Of a stretch of DNA of 33,114 nucleotides, positions 15,770-25,253 are shown piece by piece. Within the stretch, counting starts at the first letter, position 1; every line of letters begins with the position of its first letter. Location of the stretch: assembly GCA_031383585.1 (NCBI GenBank), contig JANMZU010000033.1, forward strand, positions 1 to 33,114, given 5' to 3'. The position numbers and the translations under genes are program-made. Below the pieces are notes generated by a model. It was not told the origin of the DNA. It made no database searches and saw only the letters and a program-made list of their open reading frames with translations. The stretch is from Betaproteobacteria bacterium. Lineage in GTDB: Bacteria > Pseudomonadota > Gammaproteobacteria > Burkholderiales > Usitatibacteraceae.

Positions 15770-16606
15770 TTATCCAATTGGCGGGATATCGAGCGGCCAC
15801 GCCAAGTCCGAATCCTTGAAATTGCGGATCGGCATTCCGGCGTTTACCAACTGTTCTGGAAACTGCTGCGCCAGCACCTCAAGATTGTCGGTGAAGATTC
15901 CATCTACCCCCATCTCCAGCAAGGCACGTGCACGCGAAGGCTCATTAACGGTATAGCTCATCACTCGATAATGGTGGCGGTGAAAAAAATGCACGAGTTC
16001 CGCCGAAACACTCTCATGGTGGCAGTGCAGCGAGACCGCATGAAGTTCATCCAGGAATGCCAGGTGCTCTTCTGCAGGAGCGCCCACCAGCAGCCCCACA
16101 GGTAATGTCGGCGCCGCATCGCGCGCTGCACGCAGCGCCTGCATGCTGAACGATGAAATGAGCGGCTTTACCAATCGATCTCGCCACAGCTCATCACAGA
16201 GCTCTGCAACCACCCGTCCAGTTTCTACTTCCCGACCGGGACAGGCTTTGATCTCGACGTTTGCCATCATTCCAGTGGACTGCAAGTACCGCGAGATACT
16301 GGTGAGCCGTGGAATGCGCTCTCCACGAAACATCTCGTGGTGCCATGCCCCCGCATCCAATGACTCCAGTTGTGAAATGTTTTTTTCGCAGACCAGACCA
16401 ATGCCGTCAGTCGTTCTTTCAAGTGATGCATCGTGCATCAGCACAGCGACATTGTCGTGCGAAAGCTTTACGTCAAACTCCACTGCCCAGTACGAATGTT
16501 TATGTCCCATAACCATCGCCGCAAGAGTATTTTCCGGGGCCAATGCTCCTCCGCCCCGGTGTGCAAAAAGCGTGGGATAGGGCCAATTCTTCAGGTCAGT
16601 TGCCAT
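15770..16606 (-). CDS. ugpQ: Glycerophosphodiester phosphodiesterase
   Basis: GDPD-domain motifs are present: LFAHRGGGALAPENTLAAM and EFDVKLSHDNVAVLMHD. I re-set the start to the ATG at 16606 (MATDLKNW...), which shares one base with the pgpA TGA (TGATG). The track start at 16624 is a TTG. Confidence 0.88.
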   Translation of the reverse strand: MATDLKNWPYPTLFAHRGGGALAPENTLAAMVMGHKHSYWAVEFDVKLSHDNVAVLMHDASLERTTDGIGLVCEKNISQLESLDAGAWHHEMFRGERIPRLTSISRYLQSTGMMANVEIKACPGREVETGRVVAELCDELWRDRLVKPLISSFSMQALRAARDAAPTLPVGLLVGAPAEEHLAFLDELHAVSLHCHHESVSAELVHFFHRHHYRVMSYTVNEPSRARALLEMGVDGIFTDNLEVLAQQFPEQLVNAGMPIRNFKDSDLAWPLDIPPIG

Positions 16607-17103
16607 CACAATGACATCTCCCAAACAAAGCTTCGCAGTATCATCAAGAGTGCAATGGCGCCAAGTGCAGCGAGCAGGTCATCAAACATTACACCGAATC
16701 CGCCCTTCAGGGTGCGGTCGAAATAGCTGATCGGCCACGGTTTGACGATATCTAAGATACGGAACAATACAAATGCGGCTAGAAGCCAGAGTAACCCTGC
16801 TGGCGTAAATGCAAGCACGAGAATGAACGCCGCGATTTCATCGACGACAATTCCGCCGTGATCGGCCACACCCAGGCTTCGTCCGGCGACGGAAGATGCC
16901 CAAATACCGACAACAAAAAAAATGAGCGCAAATGCAAGCGCAGCAGGAGTTCCACCGATTATAAGTGCCAGGAAATAGAACGGTATCGCGACCAGCGTTC
17001 CCCAGGTTCCAGGTGCCTTGGGTATCAAACCGGCACCAAAGCCAAAAGCGATCAGGTGCGCTGGGTGCTTGAAAAGAAACTCGCGATTAGCGTGCATTTG
17101 CAA
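16606..17103 (-). CDS. pgpA: Phosphatidylglycerophosphatase A
   Basis: 165-aa membrane protein with PgpA-like sequence (LIAFGFGAGLIPKAPGTWGTL...HGGIVVDEIAAF...FRILDIVKPWPI). It occupies the conserved thiL-pgpA position. Confidence 0.9.
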   Translation of the reverse strand: MQMHANREFLFKHPAHLIAFGFGAGLIPKAPGTWGTLVAIPFYFLALIIGGTPAALAFALIFFVVGIWASSVAGRSLGVADHGGIVVDEIAAFILVLAFTPAGLLWLLAAFVLFRILDIVKPWPISYFDRTLKGGFGVMFDDLLAALGAIALLMILRSFVWEMSL

Positions 17104-17108
17104 AGTAC

Positions 17109-18074
17109 CTATCGCCTCGAAAGAAAGTGATCAAAACCACCAGGCGCGAGCGGTACCTCCTCGCCACGGTCATTTAGCCAATGTACTTTGCTATCGCCGC
17201 GCTGCATGCTGCCGATACGATTCAGCGGTAGCCGGACGTCCGCAGAAATGTGCGAAATACGTGACCTCATTGTGACTGGTGTCGTAAAGCACAGCTCATA
17301 GTCATCGCCGCCGGCGAGCGCGCATGCGATTTGGTCAGCAGGCTCAAGCGATCGCAAGGGCGGGAACATAGGCACACAGTCGAGATGAATCTGCGCCGAC
17401 AATCGCGACTGCTCGCATATATGACCAAGATCAGCAGCAAGGCCGTCGGAGACGTCAATTGCACTTGTCGCAATGCTAACGAGCGCACGCCCAAGGGCAA
17501 CGCGCGCAGAGGGACGATGCAATCGTTCAGCAGCCTCTGCAAAGTCAACATCATGCAGTGTGACGCCGCCCCGCATGTGTTTGAGGGCCAGCGCCGCCGC
17601 GCCCAAATCCCCCGATACCCAGATATCGTCCCCGTCCTGCGCGCCATCTCGCCTCAGGGCGCAACCAACTCCGACCTCCCCCATCACAGTGAGCGTCATC
17701 GACAGCGGGCCTCGTGTGGTGTCGCCACCGATCAGTTCGACGCTATTGTCGCCGGCAAGTCGCAGGAAACCTCTGGAGAATTGGGCAAGCCAGAGTTCGT
17801 CTATTTCGGGCAAAGTTAATGCAAGTAAAACGTATCTCGGCAGTGCACCCATCGCAGCAAGATCAGACAGGTTTACGGCAAGTGCCTTGTGGCCAAGCTT
17901 TTCAGCATCTGCGTTGGGGAAAAAATGGGTGCCGGAAACAAGCGTGTCGGTAGAAACCGCCAACTCACAACCCGGCGAAACACGAATCAAAGCGCAATCA
18001 TCGCCCACGCCCAGAGTCGCATTCGCAACGGGTCGCGTGAAATATTTTGAAATCAGCTCAAATTCCGGCGACAT
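17109..18074 (-). CDS. thiL: Thiamine-monophosphate kinase
   Basis: AIR-synthase-like fold sequence: MSPEFELISKYF...GVGDDCALI...DTLVSGTHF...LSDLAAMGA...GGDT. It occupies the conserved nusB-thiL position. Confidence 0.92.
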   Translation of the reverse strand: MSPEFELISKYFTRPVANATLGVGDDCALIRVSPGCELAVSTDTLVSGTHFFPNADAEKLGHKALAVNLSDLAAMGALPRYVLLALTLPEIDELWLAQFSRGFLRLAGDNSVELIGGDTTRGPLSMTLTVMGEVGVGCALRRDGAQDGDDIWVSGDLGAAALALKHMRGGVTLHDVDFAEAAERLHRPSARVALGRALVSIATSAIDVSDGLAADLGHICEQSRLSAQIHLDCVPMFPPLRSLEPADQIACALAGGDDYELCFTTPVTMRSRISHISADVRLPLNRIGSMQRGDSKVHWLNDRGEEVPLAPGGFDHFLSRR

Positions 18075-18117
18075 CCGCGCTTCAGTCAGAAAAGTAAACG
18101 TTGACTTAGCGTGTTGA

Positions 18118-18630
18118 TCAGTCCGCCGACTTCACTACCCGCCGCGTCTTGGTAAACACTTTGACAGCGGCCTTCTCTGTCACCGGGCTGGCTTCTCGTT
18201 CGGCGCCCTGAAATCCGATCTCTGCTGATCGTGAGATTGCGGCGAATTTGTCGAGTATTCCATTGGCGTACTTGTGTCCGTCGGTGCCACCAAACGATTT
18301 GGCTAACTCAATAGCTTCATTGATGATCACACGATAGGGTGTTTCTGGCATGTGCTCCAATTCAAACGCGCCAATCAGCAAAACTGCACCTTCAATGGGG
18401 CTCACTTCTTTCCACGGGCGATCAAGATGAGGCTGCAGCCTCGCGATGAGCGCTTCCGAGTGCTTCAGGACGCCACTCAGGATATTCATAAACAATTCGC
18501 TATCTGCTTTTGCGAATCCTTCTGCCTGCGCATATTGTTGCTCAATGTCGGCCAAGGTGTGGCCGGCAAGTTGCCACTGATAAACAGCTTGCAACGCGAA
18601 CTCGCGCGCGCGTCGTCTGGCGCTTTTCAT
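18118..18630 (-). CDS. nusB: Transcription antitermination factor NusB
   Basis: [17 protein letters not shown]...VLLIGAFEL...[16 protein letters not shown] is typical NusB sequence. Its ATG overlaps the ribH TGA (ATGA at 18627..18630). Confidence 0.93.
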   Translation of the reverse strand: MKSARRRAREFALQAVYQWQLAGHTLADIEQQYAQAEGFAKADSELFMNILSGVLKHSEALIARLQPHLDRPWKEVSPIEGAVLLIGAFELEHMPETPYRVIINEAIELAKSFGGTDGHKYANGILDKFAAISRSAEIGFQGAEREASPVTEKAAVKVFTKTRRVVKSAD

Positions 18631-19100
18631 GACTGCTCTCGCTTTGGCGCGCTGACTGCCTTAATGATTTGCGCCATTTCTATGGCCACGCGAGCGCAAT
18701 CTGCACCCTTCTCGGCAGTACGCGCCATTGCTTGCTCGTCAGTATTAACGGTCAATATCCCATTCGCTATTGGCACACCGGTTTCCAACATTACGTCCAT
18801 CACGCCGCGACAGCTTTCATTGGCGACAATTTCAAAGTGATAGGTCTCGCCGCGTATTACGGCGCCAATGGCAATCAGCGCATGGTATTTCTGTGTGTGC
18901 GCCATTGTTTGCAAAACAACGGGTATTTCAAGAGCGCCCGGCACCGACGCAAGATCAATTGCATCAGGCGCCACCCCGTGCTTATGCAGCTCCGCAAAGC
19001 AGGCGGTTAGCAACCCAGCCACGACCGGTTCATTGAACCTGCTTTGCACAATGCCGATCCGCAATTGTCGGCCGTCGAGTTTCATGTTGATAAAATTCAT
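18627..19100 (-). CDS. ribH: 6,7-dimethyl-8-ribityllumazine synthase
   Basis: [19 protein letters not shown]...VPGALEIP...[17 protein letters not shown] is the canonical lumazine synthase sequence. Confidence 0.95.
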   Translation of the reverse strand: MNFINMKLDGRQLRIGIVQSRFNEPVVAGLLTACFAELHKHGVAPDAIDLASVPGALEIPVVLQTMAHTQKYHALIAIGAVIRGETYHFEIVANESCRGVMDVMLETGVPIANGILTVNTDEQAMARTAEKGADCARVAIEMAQIIKAVSAPKREQS

Positions 19101-19115
19101 ACTACCTTCGGAAAA

Positions 19116-20237
19116 TTAGGCAACGCTCTGCAATTTGCGTTCGTTTGATGGTGGCACGTACTCGACAACCTCAAGGTCGAATCCAGCCATTGACGGAATG
19201 TTTTTGGGCCAGGCGAGTACTCGCATTTTTCGCACATTAAGTTTGTGCAGAATCTGCGCTCCAATGCCATACATACGCGGGTCCCATTTTGACTTCCGCT
19301 TCGCGTTGCTCGGCGGGCTTGAAAACCTGGCTTTTAATGATTCGGCATTTTCGGTTGCACGCAATAGAACGATTACCCCCGTGCCCTCCGCAGCCACAAG
19401 ACGCATGGCCTCCGTGACGGAATAAGCGTGGTGCCCGGCGTCAAAATCAAACAAATCGAGCGAAGTAAATGGTTCATGGACGCGCGTCAGGACGGGAATC
19501 TCTGGACGGATTTCACCTCGCGTGAGCGCCAGATGAACCTCATCGGCCGTCTTGTCATGGAAAGCGTGCAGCTTGAACGGTCCGTATGGTGTTGCGATGG
19601 ACTTCTCGGAAATCTGATCAACGAGCGTCTCGGTGATCAAGCGATAGCGTATCAGGTCAGCAATCGTGCCCACTTTCAGATCATGCTGCTTTGCGAACTC
19701 CTGCAGGTCAGGAAGACGGGCCATTTGGCCATCGTCCTTGATGATTTCACAAATCACCGCGGCAGGTGTTCGTCCTGCCAAACGCGCAAGGTCACAGCCA
19801 GCTTCGGTATGGCCGGCGCGAACAAGTACGCCGCCCGGCTTGGCCATTATAGGAAAAATATGGCCCGGCTGGACGATGTCATCCGGTTTTGCTTTTGCCG
19901 CAACTGCCACCTGGATGGTTCTTGCGCGGTCGGCAGCCGATATGCCGCTGGTGACTCCCGTGGCAGACTCAATGGATGCGGTGAACGCGGTGCCATGTAG
20001 GGCGCGATTGTCGGCAACCATCATAGGCAGATTGAGTTGCCTGCAGCGCGCTTCTTCAAGCGTTAGACAAATCAGGCCGCGCGCATGCCTGGCCATAAAA
20101 TTAATCGATTCTGCAGTCACAAAATCGGCCGCCATCACCAGGTCACCTTCATTCTCTCTATCTTCAGCGTCGACCAGGACGACCATGCGCCCTAGGCGCA
20201 TATCTTCAATAATTTCCGGTGTTGTTGCGATTTTCAT
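19116..20237 (-). CDS. ribB: 3,4-dihydroxy-2-butanone-4-phosphate synthase fused to a degenerate GTP cyclohydrolase II-like domain (RibBX type)
   Basis: The N-terminal half is classical RibB (DRENEGDLVMAA...GHTEAGCDLARLAG). The C-terminal half (aa ~205-373) aligns by eye with RibA. It reads RVHEPFTSLDLFDFD where RibA has RVHSECLTGD...CDCG, and the whole domain contains no cysteine. Confidence 0.88.
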   Translation of the reverse strand: MKIATTPEIIEDMRLGRMVVLVDAEDRENEGDLVMAADFVTAESINFMARHARGLICLTLEEARCRQLNLPMMVADNRALHGTAFTASIESATGVTSGISAADRARTIQVAVAAKAKPDDIVQPGHIFPIMAKPGGVLVRAGHTEAGCDLARLAGRTPAAVICEIIKDDGQMARLPDLQEFAKQHDLKVGTIADLIRYRLITETLVDQISEKSIATPYGPFKLHAFHDKTADEVHLALTRGEIRPEIPVLTRVHEPFTSLDLFDFDAGHHAYSVTEAMRLVAAEGTGVIVLLRATENAESLKARFSSPPSNAKRKSKWDPRMYGIGAQILHKLNVRKMRVLAWPKNIPSMAGFDLEVVEYVPPSNERKLQSVA

Positions 20238-20842
20238 AGCGGCTCCTTTCCAAGCATCCGTTCAACATACCTCGCCAAGAGGTCGATTTCCAGATTTACC
20301 TTCATTCCCTTGCGCAACAGGCGGATCGTAGTTACCTGATGTGTGTGTGGAATGATATTGATTTCAAAAAGCGCATTGCCGCTCGCACCATCGGCCACTT
20401 TATTCACAGTCAACGATACACCATTCACAGCGATGGATCCTTTGCGCGCAACGAATCTGGCGAGTTCCTGTGGCGCATCTATTTCCAGGCGCCATGAAGC
20501 GCCCAGATCATCCATAGCTGTTACCAAGCCGACGCCATCGATGTGTCCACTTACAAGGTGCCCCCCGAGCCGATCACCAAACCGCAGCGACTTTTCCAGA
20601 TTTACTTCAGCCCCCTGCGCCAATCCGGAAGTGAGGGAAAGCGTTTCACTGGATACGTCGACCGAGAACGTTTCCGGCGCTTTGTCGACCACAGTAAGGC
20701 AGCAGCCGCTAACGGCGATGGAGTCGCCAACTGAAACCTGGTGCAACCCCAATTTTGGCGAGGCGATCGTCAGCCGCGTGTTTTCCGGTGTTACGACCGC
20801 CCTTTCAATAATTCCCGTTGTTTCAACGATTCCCGTGAACAT
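20234..20842 (-). CDS. ribE: Riboflavin synthase alpha chain
   Basis: This is the C-terminal 202 aa of track ORF 20234..20995. I set the start at the ATG at 20842 to give the canonical MFTGIVETTGII N-terminus, with GGGGGAA upstream. The internal duplicated lumazine-binding repeats are present. The gene overlaps the ribD end by 20 nt, and its TGA overlaps the ribB ATG. Confidence 0.9.
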   Translation of the reverse strand: MFTGIVETTGIIERAVVTPENTRLTIASPKLGLHQVSVGDSIAVSGCCLTVVDKAPETFSVDVSSETLSLTSGLAQGAEVNLEKSLRFGDRLGGHLVSGHIDGVGLVTAMDDLGASWRLEIDAPQELARFVARKGSIAVNGVSLTVNKVADGASGNALFEINIIPHTHQVTTIRLLRKGMKVNLEIDLLARYVERMLGKEPL

Positions 20843-21947
20843 ACCCATTCCCCCTAACTGCCGCTGTAATTCGTAAATCGGTGCCAATTTTACGTTGGTC
20901 AGTAATTTCCAATGCCACGCGCTGCGACAACTCGGTGAATTCTGGCAACACGAAAACACCGCGCGCAGAATCTCCCAATAGACTCGGCGCAACATAAGTA
21001 ACTATTTCATCAACAACACCAGCTTCTATCAAGGATCCATTCAATTTGGCACCCGCTTCAACCATTATGTTGTTGAGCCCGCGCGAAGCCAATGACTCCA
21101 TCAGCCTGCTTAAATCCACCTTACCCTTATAAGATTCAACCGGGGCTCGCAGAACGTCTGCGCCGCGAGAGTGAAGCTGCTTTTCACGCGCCTCATCGTG
21201 CGCCGCCGTCACGACCAACACATTGCCACCTTCAAGAATTCTTGCATGGTCTGCAACCTCAAGACGACTGTCGAGCAAAATGCGCAGCGGCTGTCGAGTA
21301 CACGGCACGTCTCTGACGGTTAGCTGGGGATCATCGGCAATAATCGTGCCGATTCCGGTCATTATTGCGCATGCTTCGGCGCGCATGCGATGAACGTCTC
21401 GCCGTGCCTCGCTTCCGGTAATCCATTTTGAATTGCCATTTGCCAACGCCGTTTTTCCGTCCATGCTGGCCGCAACCTTTAGCGTCACCCAAGGGCGACC
21501 ACGGGTGACGCGCGACAGGAAGCCACGCAACTGAGAGCGCGCAGTGGCTTCCATCAATCCGGTTTCCACACGAATGCCAGCATCCCGCAGGCGGCAATGT
21601 CCACCGCCATCAACGCCGTCAAAAGGGTCATGAATTGCCGATACCACTCTTACCACCTTGGCGGCCACAAGCAGGTCTGCACATGCGGGTCCGCGAGATT
21701 TTGGGTGAAGACAGCATGGCTCCAGCGAGGAGTACACCGTCGCGCCTTCGGGTGACACAGTACAGCTTTCTAGCGCGACCGCCTCTGCGTGGGGTCTGCC
21801 GCCTTTTTGCGTAATGCCCTCGCCGATGACGCGCCCCTGCTTAACGATGACGCAGCCCACAAACGGATTCGGGGTTGTAATACAGCGCCCCAATTCAGCG
21901 AGGCGAATAGCGCGCGCCATCATGGCATGGTCAAAGGCAGAAAACAT
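20823..21947 (-). CDS. ribD: Bifunctional diaminohydroxyphosphoribosylaminopyrimidine deaminase / 5-amino-6-(5-phosphoribosylamino)uracil reductase
   Basis: The CMP/dCMP deaminase zinc motif (HAEAVAL...EPCC) is followed by the RibD C-terminal reductase domain (RPWVTLKVAASMDGKTA). The protein is 374 aa. Confidence 0.93.
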   Translation of the reverse strand: MFSAFDHAMMARAIRLAELGRCITTPNPFVGCVIVKQGRVIGEGITQKGGRPHAEAVALESCTVSPEGATVYSSLEPCCLHPKSRGPACADLLVAAKVVRVVSAIHDPFDGVDGGGHCRLRDAGIRVETGLMEATARSQLRGFLSRVTRGRPWVTLKVAASMDGKTALANGNSKWITGSEARRDVHRMRAEACAIMTGIGTIIADDPQLTVRDVPCTRQPLRILLDSRLEVADHARILEGGNVLVVTAAHDEAREKQLHSRGADVLRAPVESYKGKVDLSRLMESLASRGLNNIMVEAGAKLNGSLIEAGVVDEIVTYVAPSLLGDSARGVFVLPEFTELSQRVALEITDQRKIGTDLRITAAVRGNGYVHGNR

Positions 21948-21952
21948 GAGGC

Positions 21953-22405
21953 CTACTTCTTTGTCACTTCGCGTATTGCGTCTTTGAATTCCTCGACATC
22001 CGAAAAGCTGCGGTATACCGATGCGAAGCGTACATAGCCAACCTGGTCCAATTTTTTCAATTCTTCCATAACCATTTCACCGATTTTCCCGGAAGAATGC
22101 TCCCGCTTGGCTTCGTTCAATACCGCCTGTTCGATTCGCTCGATTGCCTCTTCCACCTTGGCCGCTTCGACGTGCCGCTTATGCAGCGCGCGATGGAAAC
22201 TGGTTTCGAGCTTGCTGCGGGAAAAGTCTTCGCGCTGACCGTTTGACTTAACGATCGTTGGCATCCTGAGTTCCGCGCCTTCGTATGTCGTAAAGCGCTT
22301 GTGGCAAACGGTGCAACGCCTGCGGCGGCGTACAACATCCCCCTCTTCGCTGACACGTGAGTCGATCACCTGCGTTTCCTGCGCGCTGCAAAACGGACAT
22401 TTCAT
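21953..22405 (-). CDS. nrdR: Transcriptional repressor NrdR
   Basis: MKCPFC...RRRRRCTVCHKRFTTYE is the zinc ribbon and an ATP-cone follows. It occupies the usual position upstream of ribD. Confidence 0.95.
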   Translation of the reverse strand: MKCPFCSAQETQVIDSRVSEEGDVVRRRRRCTVCHKRFTTYEGAELRMPTIVKSNGQREDFSRSKLETSFHRALHKRHVEAAKVEEAIERIEQAVLNEAKREHSSGKIGEMVMEELKKLDQVGYVRFASVYRSFSDVEEFKDAIREVTKK

Positions 22406-22424
22406 TTCGTCCGCCAGTCAGACT

Positions 22425-23693
22425 TCAGGCGCCGTAAACTGGGAATCGTCGCGTGAGCGCGCTAACCTCGGCACGTATAGCCGCGATATGCGCTTCGTCT
22501 TGCGGCTTTTCCAGCGCGTCGGCAATCAAGTTTGCTGTCAATTCGGACTCGTGCTCTTTGAATCCGCGCGTTGTCATGGCCGGCGAACCCAAGCGGACCC
22601 CGCTCGTCACGAATGGTTTTTCCGGGTCGTGCGGTATGCTGTTCTTGTTACATGTTATGTGAGCGCGACCAAGGACGGCCTCGGCAACCTTGCCGGTGAT
22701 TTGCTTTGAACGCAAATCCACCAGCATCACATGGGACTCCGTTCGACCGGACACGATACGCAATCCTCGCTTGATCAACGTCTTGGCCATGACATCGGCA
22801 TTGCGCAGTACTTGCGCCTGGTAGATTTTAAAACTCGGCTCAAGCGCCTCTCTGAAGGCAACGGCCTTTGCGGCAATTACGTGCATCAGCGGTCCGCCCT
22901 GAATACCGGGAAAAATCGCAGAATTGATGACTTTTTCATATTCCGGCTTCATCAAAATGATACCGCCGCGTGGTCCACGCAATGATTTGTGCGTGGTAGA
23001 TGTGACCACATCGGCAAACGGAATTGGGTTTGGATATACGCCTGCGGCTATCAGCCCAGCATAGTGAGCCATATCAACCATGAAATAGGCGCCTACCTCT
23101 TTGGCTATTTTTGCGAACCTTTCGAAATCAATTCGCAACGCGTACGCCGACGCTCCCGCGAGTATCAATTTTGGCTTGTGTTCGCGCGCCAGCGCTTCGA
23201 CCTGCTCATAATTGATCTCTTCACTCTCATTCAAACCATAGCTGACGATATTGAACCATTTTCCACTCATATTTACTGGCGAACCATGTGTGAGATGCCC
23301 CCCCATCGCCAGACTCATGCCCAGGATCGTGTCACCTGGTTTCAACAATGCAAAATACACTGCCTGATTCGCCTGGGACCCGGAGTTGGGCTGCACATTT
23401 GCCGCATATCCGTGCTGGTCTGCTCCAAATAGCGTCCTCACCCGGTCAATGGCGAGTGTCTCTGCCATATCGACGAATTCACATCCACCGTAATAGCGCT
23501 TTCCGGGATAGCCTTCCGCATATTTGTTGGTAAGTTGGGACCCTTGCGCCTCCATTACAGCCGGGCTGGTGTAATTTTCGGATGCGATTAACTCAATATG
23601 GTCTTCCTGCCGCTGATTCTCTTTCTGAACGATGGCAAAGATTTCAGGATCGACTGATGCGAGGTTGTTGGATCGATGGAAAGTATCGGGCAT
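22425..23693 (-). CDS. glyA: Serine hydroxymethyltransferase
   Basis: The sequence is nearly collinear with E. coli GlyA ([41 protein letters not shown]...[14 protein letters not shown]). I re-set the start to the ATG at 23693 ([19 protein letters not shown]). The track start at 23726 is a TTG. Confidence 0.95.
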   Translation of the reverse strand: MPDTFHRSNNLASVDPEIFAIVQKENQRQEDHIELIASENYTSPAVMEAQGSQLTNKYAEGYPGKRYYGGCEFVDMAETLAIDRVRTLFGADQHGYAANVQPNSGSQANQAVYFALLKPGDTILGMSLAMGGHLTHGSPVNMSGKWFNIVSYGLNESEEINYEQVEALAREHKPKLILAGASAYALRIDFERFAKIAKEVGAYFMVDMAHYAGLIAAGVYPNPIPFADVVTSTTHKSLRGPRGGIILMKPEYEKVINSAIFPGIQGGPLMHVIAAKAVAFREALEPSFKIYQAQVLRNADVMAKTLIKRGLRIVSGRTESHVMLVDLRSKQITGKVAEAVLGRAHITCNKNSIPHDPEKPFVTSGVRLGSPAMTTRGFKEHESELTANLIADALEKPQDEAHIAAIRAEVSALTRRFPVYGA

Positions 23694-23747
23694 TGGATGA
23701 CTTTTTCGCAAATGGAAGGGGTCCAAAGTGGGTTTGGCACTCGCGCA

Positions 23748-23756
23748 ATTTTACCA
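23748..23756 (-). promoter_or_regulatory. Candidate extended -10 promoter element for glyA (TGgTAAAAT)
   Basis: The minus strand reads TGGTAAAAT, matching TGnTAtAAT at 8 of 9 positions. It lies about 55 nt upstream of the glyA ATG in the 121-nt gap after the HD-domain gene. No good -35 is present. Confidence 0.25.
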
Positions 23757-23814
23757 TGCGACACCAAGTGTCGCCGTTATCCAGTGCTACGACGTTATGA
23801 TCCTCAGATGAATA

Positions 23815-24744
23815 TTACGCGCTGGTCCCTGGTTGGTCCGGCGGGGTACGCCGCAGTGATTGACCGTCTCGTGCACCGAGCCCCTTGGCGAAATCAACGT
23901 TTTTTATTGCCGCGTGCATGTACAGATTAAATCCGCCGAAATGGGTGGCAGCATAGTTGTACGCGCCTCCCAGATCATGTTCAAGTCGATGCACAGCCCC
24001 TTCGAAAAAAGCAGGCGTCTTTTTGACCAGATCGTCACCTGACTGAAAAACGACCTCGTCGCCCCTAGCGGTTTGCTTGACGGCTAGGCCACCTAAAACA
24101 AGTTCCGGGTAAAGGTAATCGCGGCATTTTTCCAGATAACACCGATCAGACATTTGCGCGATGAGGTCGGCAGAACCGAGGAGAGTACCGACCATACGCA
24201 AAACGGGATCCTGAACGAGAATGTCCGCCACACGTTTCTCAAAACCAGTAAAGTGGATCAATTTTGCAGCGGCTTCTGCGTAATCTGCCATGCCGATTCC
24301 CGGCATGTAATGGCGCAAAAAATCTGCTCCTCGCGAAACGTGATTCAACGTATATTCCGCACCATTCTTTGCTTTAGTATCGGTGGACTTTCGCAAATAG
24401 CCGACATCGTGAAAAAGCCCGACAATCACGCCCAGTTGAAAAAAACATACTCCTAGCGCTGGCGTACCGTTGCGCGAACGCTCGTAGCCATCCAATAGCC
24501 GCGCCATCGCCAAAGTCACATCCATGATGTGCTGCAGGTTGTGGTAAGACGTGTCACATGCCTGAAAGCCCGCATGCCGGCCCGCGTATAGGTTCGCTGC
24601 ATCTTCAAAAGCGCGATCCATCGCACCGTGCGAAGCGCCGGGGTACAGCAGAAGAAACAGCCGCCCAACTTCGCGTTGCACAGCAACCGAATTCGTAGTC
24701 TGGATTCGATTGGTAACATCAAAATCGTTGCGCCTGATTTGCAT
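23815..24744 (-). CDS. HD-domain-containing hypothetical protein
   Basis: The H...HD signature is present (YHNLQHIMDV ... GLFHDVGY ... SADLIAQMSD). I re-set the start to the ATG at 24744 (MQIRRNDFDV...). I cannot assign a more specific family. Confidence 0.7.
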   Translation of the reverse strand: MQIRRNDFDVTNRIQTTNSVAVQREVGRLFLLLYPGASHGAMDRAFEDAANLYAGRHAGFQACDTSYHNLQHIMDVTLAMARLLDGYERSRNGTPALGVCFFQLGVIVGLFHDVGYLRKSTDTKAKNGAEYTLNHVSRGADFLRHYMPGIGMADYAEAAAKLIHFTGFEKRVADILVQDPVLRMVGTLLGSADLIAQMSDRCYLEKCRDYLYPELVLGGLAVKQTARGDEVVFQSGDDLVKKTPAFFEGAVHRLEHDLGGAYNYAATHFGGFNLYMHAAIKNVDFAKGLGARDGQSLRRTPPDQPGTSA

Positions 24745-24916
24745 TGAACTCCCGCCGCCGCAATGATGATAGTCCGCCTGCTGCGCTCCAAGGCGCCACA
24801 TGCACGGCAGTACATTTCACTCCTTTGACGCAGATAAAGCAATCCCTCCAAGCGTGGCAATAGGATATATACACGCAGTTGCATGCCACGGTATATTGAA
24901 GCTTAGGAGACGCGAC

Positions 24917-25129
24917 ATGAAAACAGGTACCGAGGCAACAAATGCCATTGAGCAACGCATAGTCGAACTTCGCCTGGAGCATGCTGACTTGGGTTTTGCA
25001 ATTGATGCGCTAGTCTCAGTACCAATACACGATCAACTGCAATTAAAACGACTTAAGAAGCGCAAGCTACTGTTAAAAGACGAGATTTTTTGTCTGGAAA
25101 GGCAATTGACGCCGGATATCCCAGCCTAG
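24917..25129 (+). CDS. DUF465 (YdcH-like) small protein
   Basis: This is the C-terminal 70 aa of track ORF 24800..25129. The start is the ATG at 24917, preceded by AGGAGA (24905..24910). The sequence ...RIVELRLEHADLGFAIDAL...DQLQLKRLKKRKLLLKDEI... matches the DUF465 pattern. Confidence 0.8.
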   Translation: MKTGTEATNAIEQRIVELRLEHADLGFAIDALVSVPIHDQLQLKRLKKRKLLLKDEIFCLERQLTPDIPA

Positions 25130-25253
25130 CAGCCTGTCGAACCTGAAGGGTCGACGCGGAAATGGGTTGGGCGGGAGCTGATTTTCCTGCTTATCTATTG
25201 TCGACGGTTACTACCCTGGCCGCGCCAGCACCTATGTCAGGCTCGCCTTTTGA

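Noticed and set aside
23694-23814. Possible riboswitch in the glyA leader (ZTP/pfl type). I also looked for FMN and TPP elements ahead of the rib and thiL genes.
   Set aside because: I could not find the ZTP core strings (GGGTCGTG..., CCGCCTGGGC) in the 121-nt leader, only a 6-bp hairpin (CGACAC-TTG-GTGTCG). The rib and thiL genes have essentially no upstream intergenic space. A covariance-model scan (Rfam/Infernal) would be the definitive test.
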